A stretch of 64,000 nt of DNA from Mobula hypostoma (GCF_963921235.1 NC_086097.1:99450001-99514000), one strand, 5' to 3'. Positions 41,050 through 54,400 are shown, counted from the stretch's first letter. A program made the numbers and translations. The notes: generated from the sequence alone by a model not told the origin.

Positions 41050-42800
41050 CCTCACATCCTGCCTATAATGGGGTGATTAGAACTGCACACAGTACTCCAA
41101 GTTGAGTTTCACTGAAGTTTTATACAACTGCAGCATGACTTCCTTAATCTTATACTCAACCAATGAAGGCAAGCATTCCATACACATTTCTCACCACATT
41201 ATACACTTGCATAGATACTTTCAGCAAACAATGGACCTGGACCCCAAGATCTCTCTGTACTTCAATGCTATTAAGTGGCCTAACTACTAACTGTATGCAT
41301 TCTCCTTTCACTTGACCTCCCAACATCTCACACATGCCTGGACTAAACTTCATCTGCTACTTCTCTGTCCATATCTGTAACTGATCTAAATCCTGATGTG
41401 TCTTTTTGATAGTCCTTTATGTTGTCCTTAACTCCACCAATCTTGATGTCATTTGCAAATCAGCCCACCTACACTTTCATCTGAACCATTGATAAATTGT
41501 TTATAAACAAGAGATCTCAGCACGGACCCTAATCCTTGTGGGACACTGCTGGTCACAGAGCTCTGACCAGAACCACATCCCTCCATCCCTGCCTTCTGCC
41601 TCCTAAGTCAGTTCTGTGTCCAAACCTGAAATTCAATCTGGATCTCGTGCATCCTTATCTTCTGAATCATCTAGATCAGGGGCTCCCAACCTTTTTATGC
41701 CATGGACCCCTGCCATTAACTGAGGGGTCTGTGGACCTCAGTTTGGAAACTCCTGGTCTAGATAAAGTCCACTGCCTTACCCACTTTGTCACCTCTTTAA
41801 AAAAACGAATCAAATTTATAAGGCATTATCTACCCCACAGAAAGATACGCTGACTGCCCTATGGAGGCCATGCCCTCCAAATGCATATCTCTCCATATCC
41901 CTCCATAATCTCCTCAATGACTTCCCTCCCGTGGCCATGAGGCTCACTGGCCTACAATTATTTGAATTATCCCTTTATCCATTCTTGAGCTAAGGCACAA
42001 TATTAGTTCCTCTCCAGTCCTCTGGAGAGCCTGTTGCTAGTGAGGACACAAAGATCTGAGACACACCCAACCATCTCCTCACCTGCTTCTTTCAATATTC
42101 AGGAATGTGTGTGCCATCAGACTCTGGGGACTTATCCACCTTAATGCTTTTCAGAAGATCCAGCACTACCTCTTAATCTCAAATTGTCCCAGCACATTAA
42201 CATGCCCCATTCTGCCTACACAGTCCTCCAAATCCTTCTCCGTGGTAAAATACCAACACCAGTTACTCATCTAGTACCTCCGCCATTGCCCTGACTCCAA
42301 GCACAAACTCCTTCCTTTATCCTTCAGTCGACCTACCTCTCCTTAGTTACTCTCTTTTTCTTGGTGCAAGTATAAAATGCTTTGGGATTCTCTTTGGTCC
42401 TGCTCACCAAGGACATTTCATAGGCCCTTCTGGCCTTCCTAATCGTCTGCTCAAACACTTTCCTGCTATCTCTGTAGTCCCCAAGGACCTACTCTGATTT
42501 TAGCTTCCTAACCCTTACCCATGCTTCCTTTTCCATCCTGACTAAATTCAGGACTTCTCTGGTCATCTAAGGTTCCCTTTCTTTACCATCCTTGTCCTTA
42601 CTCCTTACCGGAACATGTTAATCCTGTACTCTGATCAGCTGGTCTTTAAACAACTCCCACAAGTCAGACATAGACATGTCTGATAGCAGCAGCTCCCAGT
42701 GAACATCACTCGCCTCTGGCTTATCCTGTCATTATCCACCCTCCCCAATCTAGCAACTTGTTGCAAGATCCAGTCATGACCTTACTCATAACTGTCTTAA
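41050..42800 (-). mobile_element. Highly degraded CR1 LINE
   Basis: Remnant peptides ('QRDLGVQVH') and nucleotide similarity to the other CR1 copies. Confidence 0.75.
41677..41755. mobile_element. 79-bp hAT (Charlie-type) MITE
   Basis: TIRs caggggctcccaac / gtttggaaactcctg, with an 8-bp TSD atctagat/gtctagat (NTCTAGAN). Confidence 0.85.
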
Positions 42801-42891
42801 AACATAATGAGCTCTGGATGAATTTTGTCAAAGACCTGTCCCCTAGCCTCCCACCCCTTTATTTGAGTGATTCAAAAGCCAGTGCTTTTAC

Positions 42892-43038
42892 CAGTGAGGT
42901 AGGTGTTATGGGATGAATTGATGGAGTAACTTGACAGAGGCTGCGTCATGTCCTGATAAACGGTCAGCCTTTCGGGGAATATAAGGCTGTTTTCTGGGCC
43001 AGACAGATACCAGCATAACCCCTCCAGTGACAAGTGAC
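42892..43038 (-). CDS. PLCB2: PLCB2-like exon, start of catalytic X domain (GHLSLEG...[20 protein letters not shown])
   Basis: 147-bp exon flanked by ctcacag and gtaaaa. Contains SSHNTYL with the first catalytic His. Confidence 0.95.
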
Positions 43039-43239
43039 CTGTGAGGGAAATAAAAGAAGACAAGGTCAGCATCTGACCTCAACGTGCTGATGTGGATCGC
43101 AAGCTGCCCAGTGCTGTTTACTGAAATATTTATCCCCCGTTCCAATTCCCATCAATGGGCACTAAGCAGGAGCTTACAGATCTCAGAACCACAGAACTGT
43201 GTAACCTCTACAGGGAATCATTGTATTCCACTTAACCAT

Positions 43240-43570
43240 TCTCAGTTCTCAGTCTACCCCTCACACCTTCTCGTTCACTACACTTCTCTCATACCCATCC
43301 CTCCATCCCTCACTCCTTCTCACTCCCACTCCATCCTCTACATTTACTCTCTAACCCTCTCTCTCACCCTGCACTCTGTTCCTCTCATCTCCACTCACAC
43401 CCCACACTGCCTCACCTCTCTAACCCTCTCTCTCACCCTGCACTCTACCTCTCACTCCTTCACCCCCAACACTCTCCCTCATCCACATGCACTCTCTCCT
43501 CCTCACTACCCCTACTCTCTCTCTCGCCGCCCCACTCCTTCCCTCTCCTCCACTCGGTTCCTCACTCTCT
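43240..43570 (+). repeat. CT-rich low-complexity tract
   Basis: Pyrimidine/C-rich run with short internal repeats. Confidence 0.7.
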
Positions 43571-43919
43571 GGCAGTCCTGTAATCTCATACTCAGTACAA
43601 GTAACTGTGGGGAGAGGAACAGAGTTTACATTTCAGCTTGGTCAAAGACATTGAGCACTAGAGTCATGTAGCACGGAGCTGGCTCACTTGGCCGGTCACA
43701 ACGTAATTATCAACACTAACCCCATTTCCCCGGGCTCAGCCTGCAGCTTCCGGTGCCTCAGCAGTTCAGATACTCATCTAAATACTTCCTGAGTTTTGTG
43801 ACAGTCTCTGTCTCCACCACCCCCTCAGGCAGTGCTTTCTTGAAGCTTGACACCCTCTGGCTGAAAAGAAACTCCCCCGCAATCCCCTCTAAATGTCTAC
43901 CTTTTACCTGACCTGTTTG

Positions 43920-45014
43920 CCCTCTGGTCATAGAAACCTCTGGTCGTAGACGCCTCTGGTCATAGAAACCTCTGGTCATAGAAACCTCTGGTCATAGAGG
44001 CCTCTGGCCATTGACACCTCTGGCCATTGACGCCTCTGGTCATAGAGGCCTCTGGTCATAGAGACCTCTGGTCATAGAGGCCTCTGGTCATAGACCCCTC
44101 TGGTCATAGACACCTCTGGTCATAGAAACCTCTGGTCACAGACACCTCTGGCCATAGACACCTCTGGCCATTGACGCCTCTGGTCATAGACCCCTCTGGT
44201 CATAGAGGCCTCTGGTCATAGAGGCTTCTGGTCATAGACGCCTCTGGTCATAGATGCCTCTGGCCACAAACGACTCTGGCAACAGACACCTCTGGCCACA
44301 GACGCCTCTGGCCATAGACGCCTCTGGCCATAGAAGCCTCTGGCCATAGAAACCTCTGGCCATAGACGCCTCTGGTCATAGAAACCTCTAGTCATAGAAA
44401 CATCTGGCCATAGACACTTCTGGCCATAGATGCCTCTGGTCATAGACGCCTCTGGCCATAGACACCTCTGGTCATAGACACCTCTGGTCATAGAGGCCTC
44501 TGGTCATAGAGGCCTCTGGTCATAGAAACCTCTGGTCATAGAGGCCTCTAGTCATAGAAACCTCTGGCCATAGACACCTCTGGCCGTAGACGCCTCTGGC
44601 CATAGACACCTCTGGCCATAGACGCCTCTGGCCATTGACGCCTCTGGTCATAGACCCCTCTGGTCATAGAGGCCTCTGGTCATAGACGCCTCTGGTCATA
44701 GATGCCTCTGGCCACAAACGACTCTGGCAACAGACACCTCTGACCACAGACGCCTCTGGCCATAGACGCCTCTGGCCATAGAAACCTCTGGCCATAGACG
44801 CCTCTGGTCATAGACGCCTCTGGCCATAGACACCTCTGGTCATAGACACCTCTGGTCATAGAGGCCTCTGGTCATAGAGGCCTCTGGTCATAGAAACCTC
44901 TGGTCATAGAGGCCTCTAGTCATAGAAACCTCTGGCCATAGACACCTCTGGCCGTAGACGCCTCTGGCCATAGACACCTCTGGCCATAGACGCCTCTGGT
45001 CATAGAGGCCTCTG
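43920..45014 (+). repeat. 16-bp minisatellite (cctctggYcatagaNN), about 68 units
   Basis: Direct tandem array. The variant block gccacaaacgactctggcaac recurs about 448 bp apart. Confidence 0.96.
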
Positions 45015-45595
45015 CTATGTGGTCAAAGACTCTCACTGTTCACTGTACCCTTGCACTTCAGGACACTCCCTCAGCCCTCTCCTCGATGTTCTTCACTGGC
45101 CCAGGCAAGTTGAGTGTATTCCATCAGGGACCTAACCTGCCCTTTAATCAGTGCGGAAACTTTGAAGTGAGGGGACAGATCAGTTGGTGTAGGGCATGCA
45201 GCCTTTCAGGGGCGGGCATTGCCATCTCAGATGCAGACCTCGGTGTGTCATCGTACTTCATGTGAGTCACACTGGCAGCCAGGCTGAGACCACCGAGTCC
45301 GTTGCCAGGCTAATGAAGTTTGTGGCTCGATGGCGATGGTGGAAATACCTCTTCCATCATCTAAGAAATCCCCTGAGTACTCAAGCACAGCCTGGATAGA
45401 TATCGCAACACACTTAGTGTTGCATCACTTCAAGTGGACTGCCAGGAGGGGGAATTGGACATATTATGAAGTATCTAACCCTCTGATTCACTAAATTGTC
45501 GAATAGAACTGACCTTTGACCTTGGATCTCTATGGATACATAAACAGGAGTGTTTTTTTTCACCTGAGAACATTGGGAAATACAAGAACACTGAC

Positions 45596-45762
45596 CCTTA
45601 TTTGCATTTGATTTGTTCAGCTCATACTTCTCTATCAGCTTCTGGGTTTGTTCCGGTTGTATTAATGGAAAAAGAAAATTATTCAGACGGGCATCTCTCT
45701 GTATCTGGTTTATAAACGTAGACACCTGCTGCCGAGTCAAGTACGGCTTTACCATTACGTCC
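45596..45762 (-). CDS. PLCB2: PLCB2-like exon, EF-hand ([32 protein letters not shown]...NANK)
   Basis: 167-bp exon flanked by ttttacag and gtcagt. KPY..FIN..QRD.RLN motif of PLC-beta. Phases fit both neighbours. Confidence 0.92.
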
Positions 45763-46043
45763 CTGTAAAAAAGAAAACAGTGAACTCAACACCTGGTCTG
45801 TAAACTCAGTTCTTCCCAGCATGTATACATTTCATTTTATCGCGTGTACACAAGGCCCAGGTAGACAACCTTATCATGGAATTGAATCACCACACAGCCC
45901 ACAAGCACACACTCTGTCTTATCTTCTTACACTCCGCATACACAAACAATGTTTCTTCTAACTCTTTTTACAGTTGTACAGACCAAGCATTGCTCTGAGC
46001 AGGAAATGTTTATACGGCCTGAAAACTCCACGGTGTGTTAAAT

Positions 46044-46273
46044 CAACAAACATCAAAGTTGCTGGTGAACGCAGCAGGCCAGGCAGCATCTCTAGGAAGA
46101 GGTACAGTCGACGTTTCAGGCCGAGACCCTTCGTCAGGACTAACTGAAGGAAGGCCGTCGGCCTGAAACGTCGACTGTACCTCTTCCTAGAGATGCTGCC
46201 TGGCCTGCTGCGTTCACCAGCAACTTTGATGTGTGTTGCTTGAATTTCCACCATCTGCAGAATTCCTGTTGTT
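46044..46273. mobile_element. Penelope-derived fold-back non-autonomous element
   Basis: 81-bp inverted arms at 46044-46124 and 46158-46238. 12-bp TSD ggtgtgttaaat. Confidence 0.88.
46106..46141 (-). ncRNA. Minimal type-I hammerhead ribozyme motif (Penelope-type)
   Basis: The minus strand reads AGTC-CTGACGA-AGG(GTCTCGG)CCT-GAAAC-GTC-GACT: stem I, conserved core, stem II, palindromic stem III and a GUC cleavage triplet. Confidence 0.75.
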
Positions 46274-46699
46274 GGTGTGTTAAATGTTCTTTTTTGTAAT
46301 GTGCATACTATGAATATTTAGATTGAAAATTTAAAAACCACATACTTTTGATTTTATTTAATTGAAGGGTGCAATGAATTATAATACAAAAAATAAAATC
46401 TTTCATGTTTCATAAACTTGTTGTAGCTGCTTCCAATACCAGCTGCATGGCAATGAAGGCTATGTGCACGGGAGCATTTCAGTTACTGCACGGCTGTGCA
46501 ACTGCATAGCTTAGAGGGAACAGTGTACACAAGCACATCCCTTAGCAGGTATATAATGTGCTCTCACAGTTGACAGACACGTCATCTTACGTCGACCAAG
46601 CCCCAGTATTCAATCCCCTTCCACAGTCCACTAAAAGAGAACGCACAGGAGAAAGTAGCCACCAGCTCAACTTTCAAAGCTATCCGGCTACGCTTCCGA

Positions 46700-48075
46700 T
46701 CACAAACTAGAGAAAATCTGCAGATGCTGGAAACCCATGCAACAGACACAAAATGCTGAAGGAACTCAGCAGGCCAGGCAGCATCTATGGAAAATAGTAC
46801 AGTCGATGTTTTGGGCCAAAACCCTTCGGCAGGACTGGAGGTTTCAGCCCCAAGTGTCAACTGTACTTTTTTCTATAAATGCTGCCTGGCCTGCTGCATT
46901 CCTCCAGCATTTTGCATGTGTTGCTTCCATTTCCAATACCAACAGTGACCCAGCCTCCAAAGCCTTCAGAGATAGTACTTTGCTGAGGTTCAGCACCCTC
47001 TGTAGGAAATTCCTGTGAACTGCCATTTTAAATGACTGCCCCTCATCTTGTAACTCTGTCCCTCATTCAGGGCTCTCCCACTTGTCATACTCCCTCAGAT
47101 GATTCAACAAGGTCAATCCATCATTGGAGTGTAAAAGTCACACAACACAGAAATGGCCCCTTTTGTCAAAGAATACAGATAACACCTTTTCTTTTGGATA
47201 ACCTCTTACCCCAGGAACCAAATCCTTTGGGCTGTTTCCAGTGCTACAGCGTCTTTTCTTAAATAAGGGAAACAAGACTGTTCTGAGAACTCCAACAGTG
47301 ACCTCAATAGACAGCACAACTGTGCTAACACTTAATTCCTTTTTAAAAACAAGAGAAAATCTGCAGATGCTGGAAATCCAAGTAACACACACAAAATGCA
47401 GGAGGAACTCAGCAGATGAAGGGTCTCGGCCCAAAACGTCGACTGTTTACTCTTTTCCATAGATGCTGCCTGGCCTGCTGAGTTTCTCCAGTATTTTGTG
47501 TGTGTTGCTAACTACTTTTAAAATTCTGACCCCTGAACAAAAAAGCTAACGTGCCATTTGCCTTCTTAGTTACTCAGTGTACCTATCTGCGAACTTCTTG
47601 TGATTCACACAGCAGAACACCTTCATCCCTCTGAATGCCACTCACCTAGTCTGCCTGCACTTTGATAATGAGCTGCCTTTTGATTGCTCTTACCAGAGAG
47701 TGCGACCTCACCCTTCCCCACACTGCACTCCCTTTGCCAAGATTTTGTCCAATCACTCAGTCTATCTACATACAGTCCAAGTATCGTCTTGTTCACACTG
47801 CCTTCCACCTATCATTGGCAAATCCAGAAACCTGATGCTCTGCCCCTCTACCAGGGCACTGAATACCTGAAGACCAAGAAACACACAGCAAATGCTGGAG
47901 GAACTCAGCAGGCCAGGCAGCATCTATGGAAAAAAGTACAGTCGACGTTTCCGTCCGAAACCTTTCAGCAGGTCCCGAAACGTCGACTGTACTTTTTTCC
48001 ATGGATGCTGAGCTCCTCCAGCACTTTGTGTGTGTTGCTTGGATTTGCAGCATCTGCAGATTTTCTGGTTTGTGA
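46700..48075. mobile_element. Three further fold-back Penelope-derived elements (~46700-46930, 47345-47510, 47880-48075) among CR1 remnants
   Basis: Repeated 'gctggaggaactcagcaggccaggcagcatc...cagtcgacg' in inverted pairs. Confidence 0.78.
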
Positions 48076-49094
48076 TCCGAGGACCAACCACTGATCCTTG
48101 GGGCACTCCACTATCTACACCATTAAAGCCTGAAAAAGACCAGTGTCTCCCAGCTATCTTGCTCAATAATGTTAGCACACTTCCCTCAATAGGCTTCACA
48201 CTTTGCCCTGTGTGAATGAACCCAGGATTCAATTCCCTTTAATATGCACATGCACATTATCCTACAAGGACCGACCCCCTGTATTCAGTGAACTCCCAGA
48301 GTCTATGCACACGCTGCCCTGTATGGACTAACCCCCACATTCATCTCCCCCCACCCACACAAAGTGCATGTATACACCAGATTACATCCTCCCCGTCTTC
48401 CTTTCCTCCACTCCCAACTCCCAATGACACAGTGACTAAAGCCCCCGTGCCTGCCGTGCAGTCCACAGGGTGTGCCGTACAAGAAACCTCACCTGGGGCA
48501 TTTACTGATGTGGATCACAGACTTTAACAAACAAACTGGATTCTCTCCGGCTATACCCCAACAAACAATTTATTGATGGTGCCTCCAAGAAGCACTGGAG
48601 TGGAATTCCTGCCTCTGAGGCCCAGCTTTCCCACACTGAACATGTTAGTGGTATATTAACGCCAGCCCTGGCAAGACCAACGGGGTCACAGCACGATAGG
48701 TGCCATCCACACCCCCCTCACCCATCCGGTTTGCCAACACAACGTACACTCACCCAGCTTGTATGGGCCACACGGGGCAACAACTTTCACTCAAAGTTGG
48801 AAGCAAATCAGCACAGCTAGCACCTGAACTTTCTAATTTAACCCTCCCGCTAAACTTTCTGAAAAGGAATACTCAGCTCCAAACCTCATGGATGCAAGGG
48901 CTGTCTGAATACCAGGCTAGTCACTTTTACTGAGAGCATGTACTTCTGGGCAAGAACCTCGGGAACACAACACATCCCTGGGTCAGCATTCATCAAACTG
49001 TGCGGGCCCCGGAGCCCACAATGTTGTGTCAAAATAAATAAATGAATTAATGCCTAACTAAACTCCTCTCTTCTAGCTACACAATGTTTATATG

Positions 49095-50345
49095 CAACAC
49101 TCACAACACGCTGGAGGAACTCAGCAGGTTGGGCAGCATCCGTGGAAACCATCAGTCAACATTTCGGGCCGGAATCCTTCGTCAGGACTGAGGACATCTG
49201 CTCCCAGGATGAGGCTTTCCATTCCAGGACATCTCAAATGTCCTCTTTCTTTAAAGATCGTAGTTTCCCTTCTGCCGTCATCAATTATGCCCTCACCCGC
49301 ATCTCCTCTATTTCCCGCACTTCGGCCCTCACCCCATCCTCCCGTCACCACAACAGGGACAGAGTTCCCCTTGTCCTCACCCATCACCCCACCAGCCTCT
49401 GGATCCAGCACATTATCCTCCGCAACTTCCACCACCTTCAACAGGACCCCACCACTAAGCACATCTTTCCCTCTCTACCCCTCTCCGCTTTCCGCAGGGA
49501 TCGGTCCCTCCATGACTCCCTGGTCCACACGTCCCTCCCCATGGATCTCTCACCTGGCACTTATCCCTGTAAGCGTAAGTACTACACCTGACCCTACACC
49601 TCCTCTCTTGCCACCATTCAGGGCCCCAAACAGTCCTTCCAGGTGAGGCAACACTTCACTTGTGAGTCCGTTGGGGTCATCTATTGCATCCGGTGCTCCC
49701 GGTGCAGCCTCCTCTACATCGGTGAGACCCGACGCAGATTGGGGGACCGCTTTGTCGAGCACCTCCACTCAATCCACCAGAACAGACAGGATCTCCCAGT
49801 AGCCACCCACTTCAACTCTGCTTCTCATTCCCATTCGGATATGTCCATACATGGCCTCCTCTACTGCCATGATGAGGCTAAACTCAGGTTGGAGGAGCAA
49901 CACCTCATATACCATCTAAGTAGTCTCCAGCCCCTTGGTATGAATATAGAATTCTCCAGCTTCCAGTAATTCCTTCCCCCTCCCTTCCCCTATCCCAATT
50001 TCACTCTGCCCCCTCCCCCAGCTGCCTATCACCTCCCTCACGGTTCCGCCTCCTTCTACTACCCATTGTGTTTTCCCCTATTCCTTCTTCACCTTTCCTG
50101 CCTATCACCACCCCCACCCCTTTATCTTTCCCCTTACTGGTTTTTCACCTGGAACCTACCAGCCTTCTCCTTCCCACCCTCCCCCCACCTTCTTTATAGG
50201 GCCTCTGCCCCTTCCCTCTTCAGTCCTGATGAAGGGTTCCGGCCTGAAACATTGACTGATCGTTTCCACGGATGCTGCCTGACCTGCTGAGTTTCTCCAG
50301 TGTGTTGTGAGTGTTGCTTTGACCCCAGCATCAGCAGAGTATGTT
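49095..50345 (+). mobile_element. 5'-truncated Penelope-like element with GIY-YIG endonuclease and inverted pseudo-LTR
   Basis: 'GVIYCIRCSRCSLLYIGETRRRLGDRFVEH...P.GMN' (GIY-YIG). 49095-49190 is an inverted copy of 50221-50318. Confidence 0.9.
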
Positions 50346-50791
50346 GTGTTTACAATGTCTATATCCCTCCATTCCGGGCACATTCATGTGCCTACTTAAC
50401 AGCCTGTTAAATGCCTCTATTGTATTTGCCCCCACCACCACCCCTGTGAGCTCATCCCAGGCACCCACCGCTCTCTGTGTAAAGAAACTTGCTCCACACA
50501 CCTCCATTGCACCTACCCCCTTCTCAACAAATGCATGCCCTCTAGTTGTAGACATTTCCACCCTGCCTACCCTATCAGTGCCTCTCACAATCTTATAAAC
50601 CTCTATCAAGTCAATCCTCAGCCTCCACTACCCAGAGAAAACAACCCTACTCTGTTCAGCCTGTCCTTATAGAGCCAGTGTAATAGTGGGAGGTCTGTAA
50701 GCAACCCTTATCACAGATAGACACACCAGTACATGTACTGCTTCTTCGTTCATGCAGAATCAGAAGGGGACAGTTTACTAAAGTGTCTCAC

Positions 50792-50892
50792 ATTAATTCA
50801 AAGATCTGGTCAATCTCGGGCCGAGGACACAGCTGTGTTATAAATTGCTTGAAGACCGATTCTGTGAAATCTTCAGGATTGATTGTGTCATT
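50792..50892 (-). CDS. PLCB2: PLCB2-like exon ([33 protein letters not shown])
   Basis: 101-bp exon read manually (not in the ORF track), flanked by cttgcag and gtgaga. Contains the conserved PLC-beta LCPRPEID motif. Confidence 0.92.
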
Positions 50893-52432
50893 CTGCAAGG
50901 GAGCAGGTGGGGGGAAAAAGCACATCTTTCAGTAATGATCCATTCATTCATAGCTATGCACAGCCTCCTCTTTCTAAAAAAACTTGCAGAAAGCACAGGA
51001 GGCTGGAAAGGGTCTGCAACTCAGTGTCATAATTTCAGAGTGAGGCCTCCTCTTTGGTGTCATCCCATCCTGTCCCCAGCAGCCTTGCCTGAGCTGGAAG
51101 TCTGCTTGCCCACTCATCAAGCCCGATCTTTGTTCTGACTATCTACACTTCACCCAGTCAGGAGTCTTTCCTGCCCAGGATATCTCCTGATGAAAGGTTT
51201 GTGAAATGTGCTAAGTCATACCTGGGCTGGGGTACAGTGCACAGTATCAGGGCATGAGAGAAAGTAAAGCTGGCTACAGGCACAAAGGCAAACTTGGTGA
51301 TGGAACATTGCAGTCACAGAGCACAGCGGAAGCACTAGTTTCGGCTTTTAGGTAACATCTGCTACTAAAGGAATCTGCTGCGTTCAACTGTCAGGAGTCA
51401 GTAAATTCTCCTGCTGTAATTTTGATCATGTCTGGACATAGAAGAGAACTTTCCCAAATTATCCTTGGTTTTCATCGGGTCACTTTTCTCCTCCAGGGCA
51501 GAGAGAGTAATAGTCCGCGGGGCATAAGGTGATCAGTAGTTTTTGTACATTTGGAAGTGTATAAAATTATTAAATGCTAATGAAACAGAAAATGAACAAA
51601 GAATGAAATGCTGATGATAAAAGAATAGATCTAAAACATTTAATACAAAACCTAGCTGTCAAGGTGTAATAAAAAGTCTGAAACAGGACCTTTTCCCCAG
51701 TCTTAATTGAGACACACAGAGAGGTGTGAGCCAATCTAACAGTTAAAGCAGAAAATAAGCCAAACATTAAGAATTAAACTGGAAATTGAAGAAGTGTGCG
51801 TGATGGTAAAGAGGAGATGTCAAACTTGAACCAGAACAGTAAAGCACAGAAACAGGTCCTGTGACCTGCAATGCCTGTGTCAACCATGACACCAGTTTAA
51901 CCCTAATTCCATCTACCTGCTCCTGATCCACAATCTGTCATCCCCTGACTATTCATAAAGCTGTATATATACTTAAACGTCCATGTTCGTATCTGCTTCC
52001 ATTGCCTCGCCTGGCAGGATTTTCCAGGAACTTACCCCTGTGTAAAATAAAACTTACCTTGCAAATCCCTTGTTAACATTCCCCCTCTCACCTTAAAAAT
52101 ATGCATTCTAGGAGTTGGTATTTCTGCCTACTTATGTGATCTGTACTGCTCATAATGTTATAAATATCTAAAAGGTCTCCCCTCGCCTCTGAAACTCTAG
52201 AGAAAACAATCTAAGTTTGTCCAGCCTCGAAGGTAATTAATATATTTATTTTTAAATTTTATTTATTTAGAGATACAGAACAGAGCAGCCGCACCACCCA
52301 GCAACCCACCTATTTAACCCCAGCCTAACCAGGGGACAACTTACAAAGACCAATTAGCCTACTAACTGGCAGTCACGGGGAGAAGGAACAAACTCCTTAC
52401 AGAGGACACTGGATTTCAACTCCGAACTCTGA

Positions 52433-52722
52433 CACCCTGACCTGTAATAGCATGGCATTAGCTGCTCGCCCTGACCTGTAATAGCATCTCACTAGCTGCT
52501 CACCCTGGCCTGTAATAGCACCTCACTAGCCGCACACTCGACCTGTAATAGCATCTTACTAGCCGCTCACCCGACCTGTAATAGCATCTCACCAGCCGCT
52601 CACCCTGACCTGTAATAACATCTCACCAGCCGCTCACCCTGGCCTGTAATAGCATCTCACTAGCTGCACACCCTGGCCTGTAATAGCATCTTACTAGCCG
52701 CTCACCCTGACCTGTAATAGCA
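52433..52722 (+). repeat. ~32-33-bp tandem repeat (ctgacctgtaatagcatctcactagccgctcacc)
   Basis: About 9 degenerate units visible. Confidence 0.85.
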
Positions 52723-53444
52723 TTACTTGGAAAATGTAAGCCGTCTGTTCCTGTAACTTTTAATCAGGACCAGGAACAAAACCACACCCACTCCTCATCC
52801 TCATCGAAGCTCGTTCAATCCAGATGTCCTCCTGACATCAGCAGTTCTACCCCTCATCTCCGTCCTGTGTGTCTGTACTCATCATCCCCCTCATCTCAGT
52901 CCGGTGTCTGTGTCTCCCCCTGTGCTGACTGTAGTCAGAGGACACCTATCCTCAGACATAGGAGTGGGTGTGATGTTATCTTTCTCACTCTCACGTAGAT
53001 TGCTGAATCTTTCCTCTTCTCCCTCCTCCAATCAGGTGCCCTTCCAAACCACATCAAGGGGGTTTATTAATACTTTTGAGTACTTGAACCGTCTGACATC
53101 AACACCATCTCTTCCAAAGTCTGCCTAGGAATTGACCAGAGGCCACTCACATGCACCGCCCAGCCACCTGTCGGGCCTTTGGAAGTCCAGCTGGCCCAGT
53201 TACACATCATGGATGTTGCTGTCAATGGCTCTGCGGCAGCAAACATCATCCCAACTGGTTCCCACTCATGTGCAGTGACTTGGCAAATTTTCTGTTTTTG
53301 TTAATGAACGTGTTACTTCCTTCCCAACAGATAAGATGACAACAGAAGATCTTGATTAAGCACAGTGCTGGGATCGCTGGCAAACACCCATTTGTATATC
53401 TGACATTTTTTCTATCACTATCAGAGTCATTCTCCTCAGAACTG

Positions 53445-54400
53445 AACATCTACCTGCTGAACAAAGTCTACTCACGTTTGGATAAGCAGGGCAGCACTGT
53501 GAGGGTCATGTTTTTCGATTTCTCGAGTATCTTCAATACCACACACCCCTCATTGCTGGGGGAAAAGCTTTGTTCAATGGAGGTTGACACTTCCATTGTA
53601 TCCTGGAAGGACTACCTGATGACGGACCACAGTTTGTGCAGCCTCAGAGGTGTGTGTCAAACATGGCTATAAGCAGCACTGCGGCCCCACAGGGAACTGT
53701 ATTGGTTCCCTTCTTGTTTACCCTGTATACGTTGGACTTTAGATATAACACTGAGTCATGTCATCTGCAGAAATCTGATGACTCAGCAACAGTTGGGTGT
53801 GCAAAGGGAGGACAGGGGGATGAATACAGGACCCTGGCCAGAGACCCCTCTAATTCCTGAGGAGACCAAGGTCCTTTGGAGGATGCAGGCCTCTCCTTGA
53901 CATGTTCTACCAGTCTGTTGTCACCAGTACAATTTCTATGTTGTGGTGTGCTGGGGCAATGGCATCAACATGGGTAATACCAACAGGCTCAATAAACTGA
54001 TTAGAAAGGCTGGCTCTGTTATAGGAGTAAAATTGGACACAGTGGAGGCTGTGGCAGAACAAAGGACCCTCCGGAAAATCCTGGCAATTCCAAACAATGT
54101 TTCTCACCCTCTGCATGCCACCTTGGCTGAACAGAAAAGCACTTTTAGTAACAGACTAAGACATCTGTGCTGCTAAGAGCTCTAAATGAGGTTATTCTTG
54201 CCCTCGGCCATTAGACTCCATAACGAGTAAACCTATAACTGGAGAAGTGATGACCCTCTCCTGTAAGACTATTTGTGGCAACTTATTTTTAATTCCTTCT
54301 ACTCTTCTAATATTTGTATATTTGTGTATCTGTCCACTTGTAGCACTACTGTGAGACTGCAATTTCCTTTGGGATCAATGAAGTATTTATTTATCTATCT
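53445..54400 (+). mobile_element. Rex1/Babar-like LINE 3' fragment
   Basis: 'VRVMFFDFSS.FNT', 'APQGTVL.PFLFTLYT', 'VCWG...RLNKLIRKA', and a (tatc)n-like tail. Confidence 0.75.
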
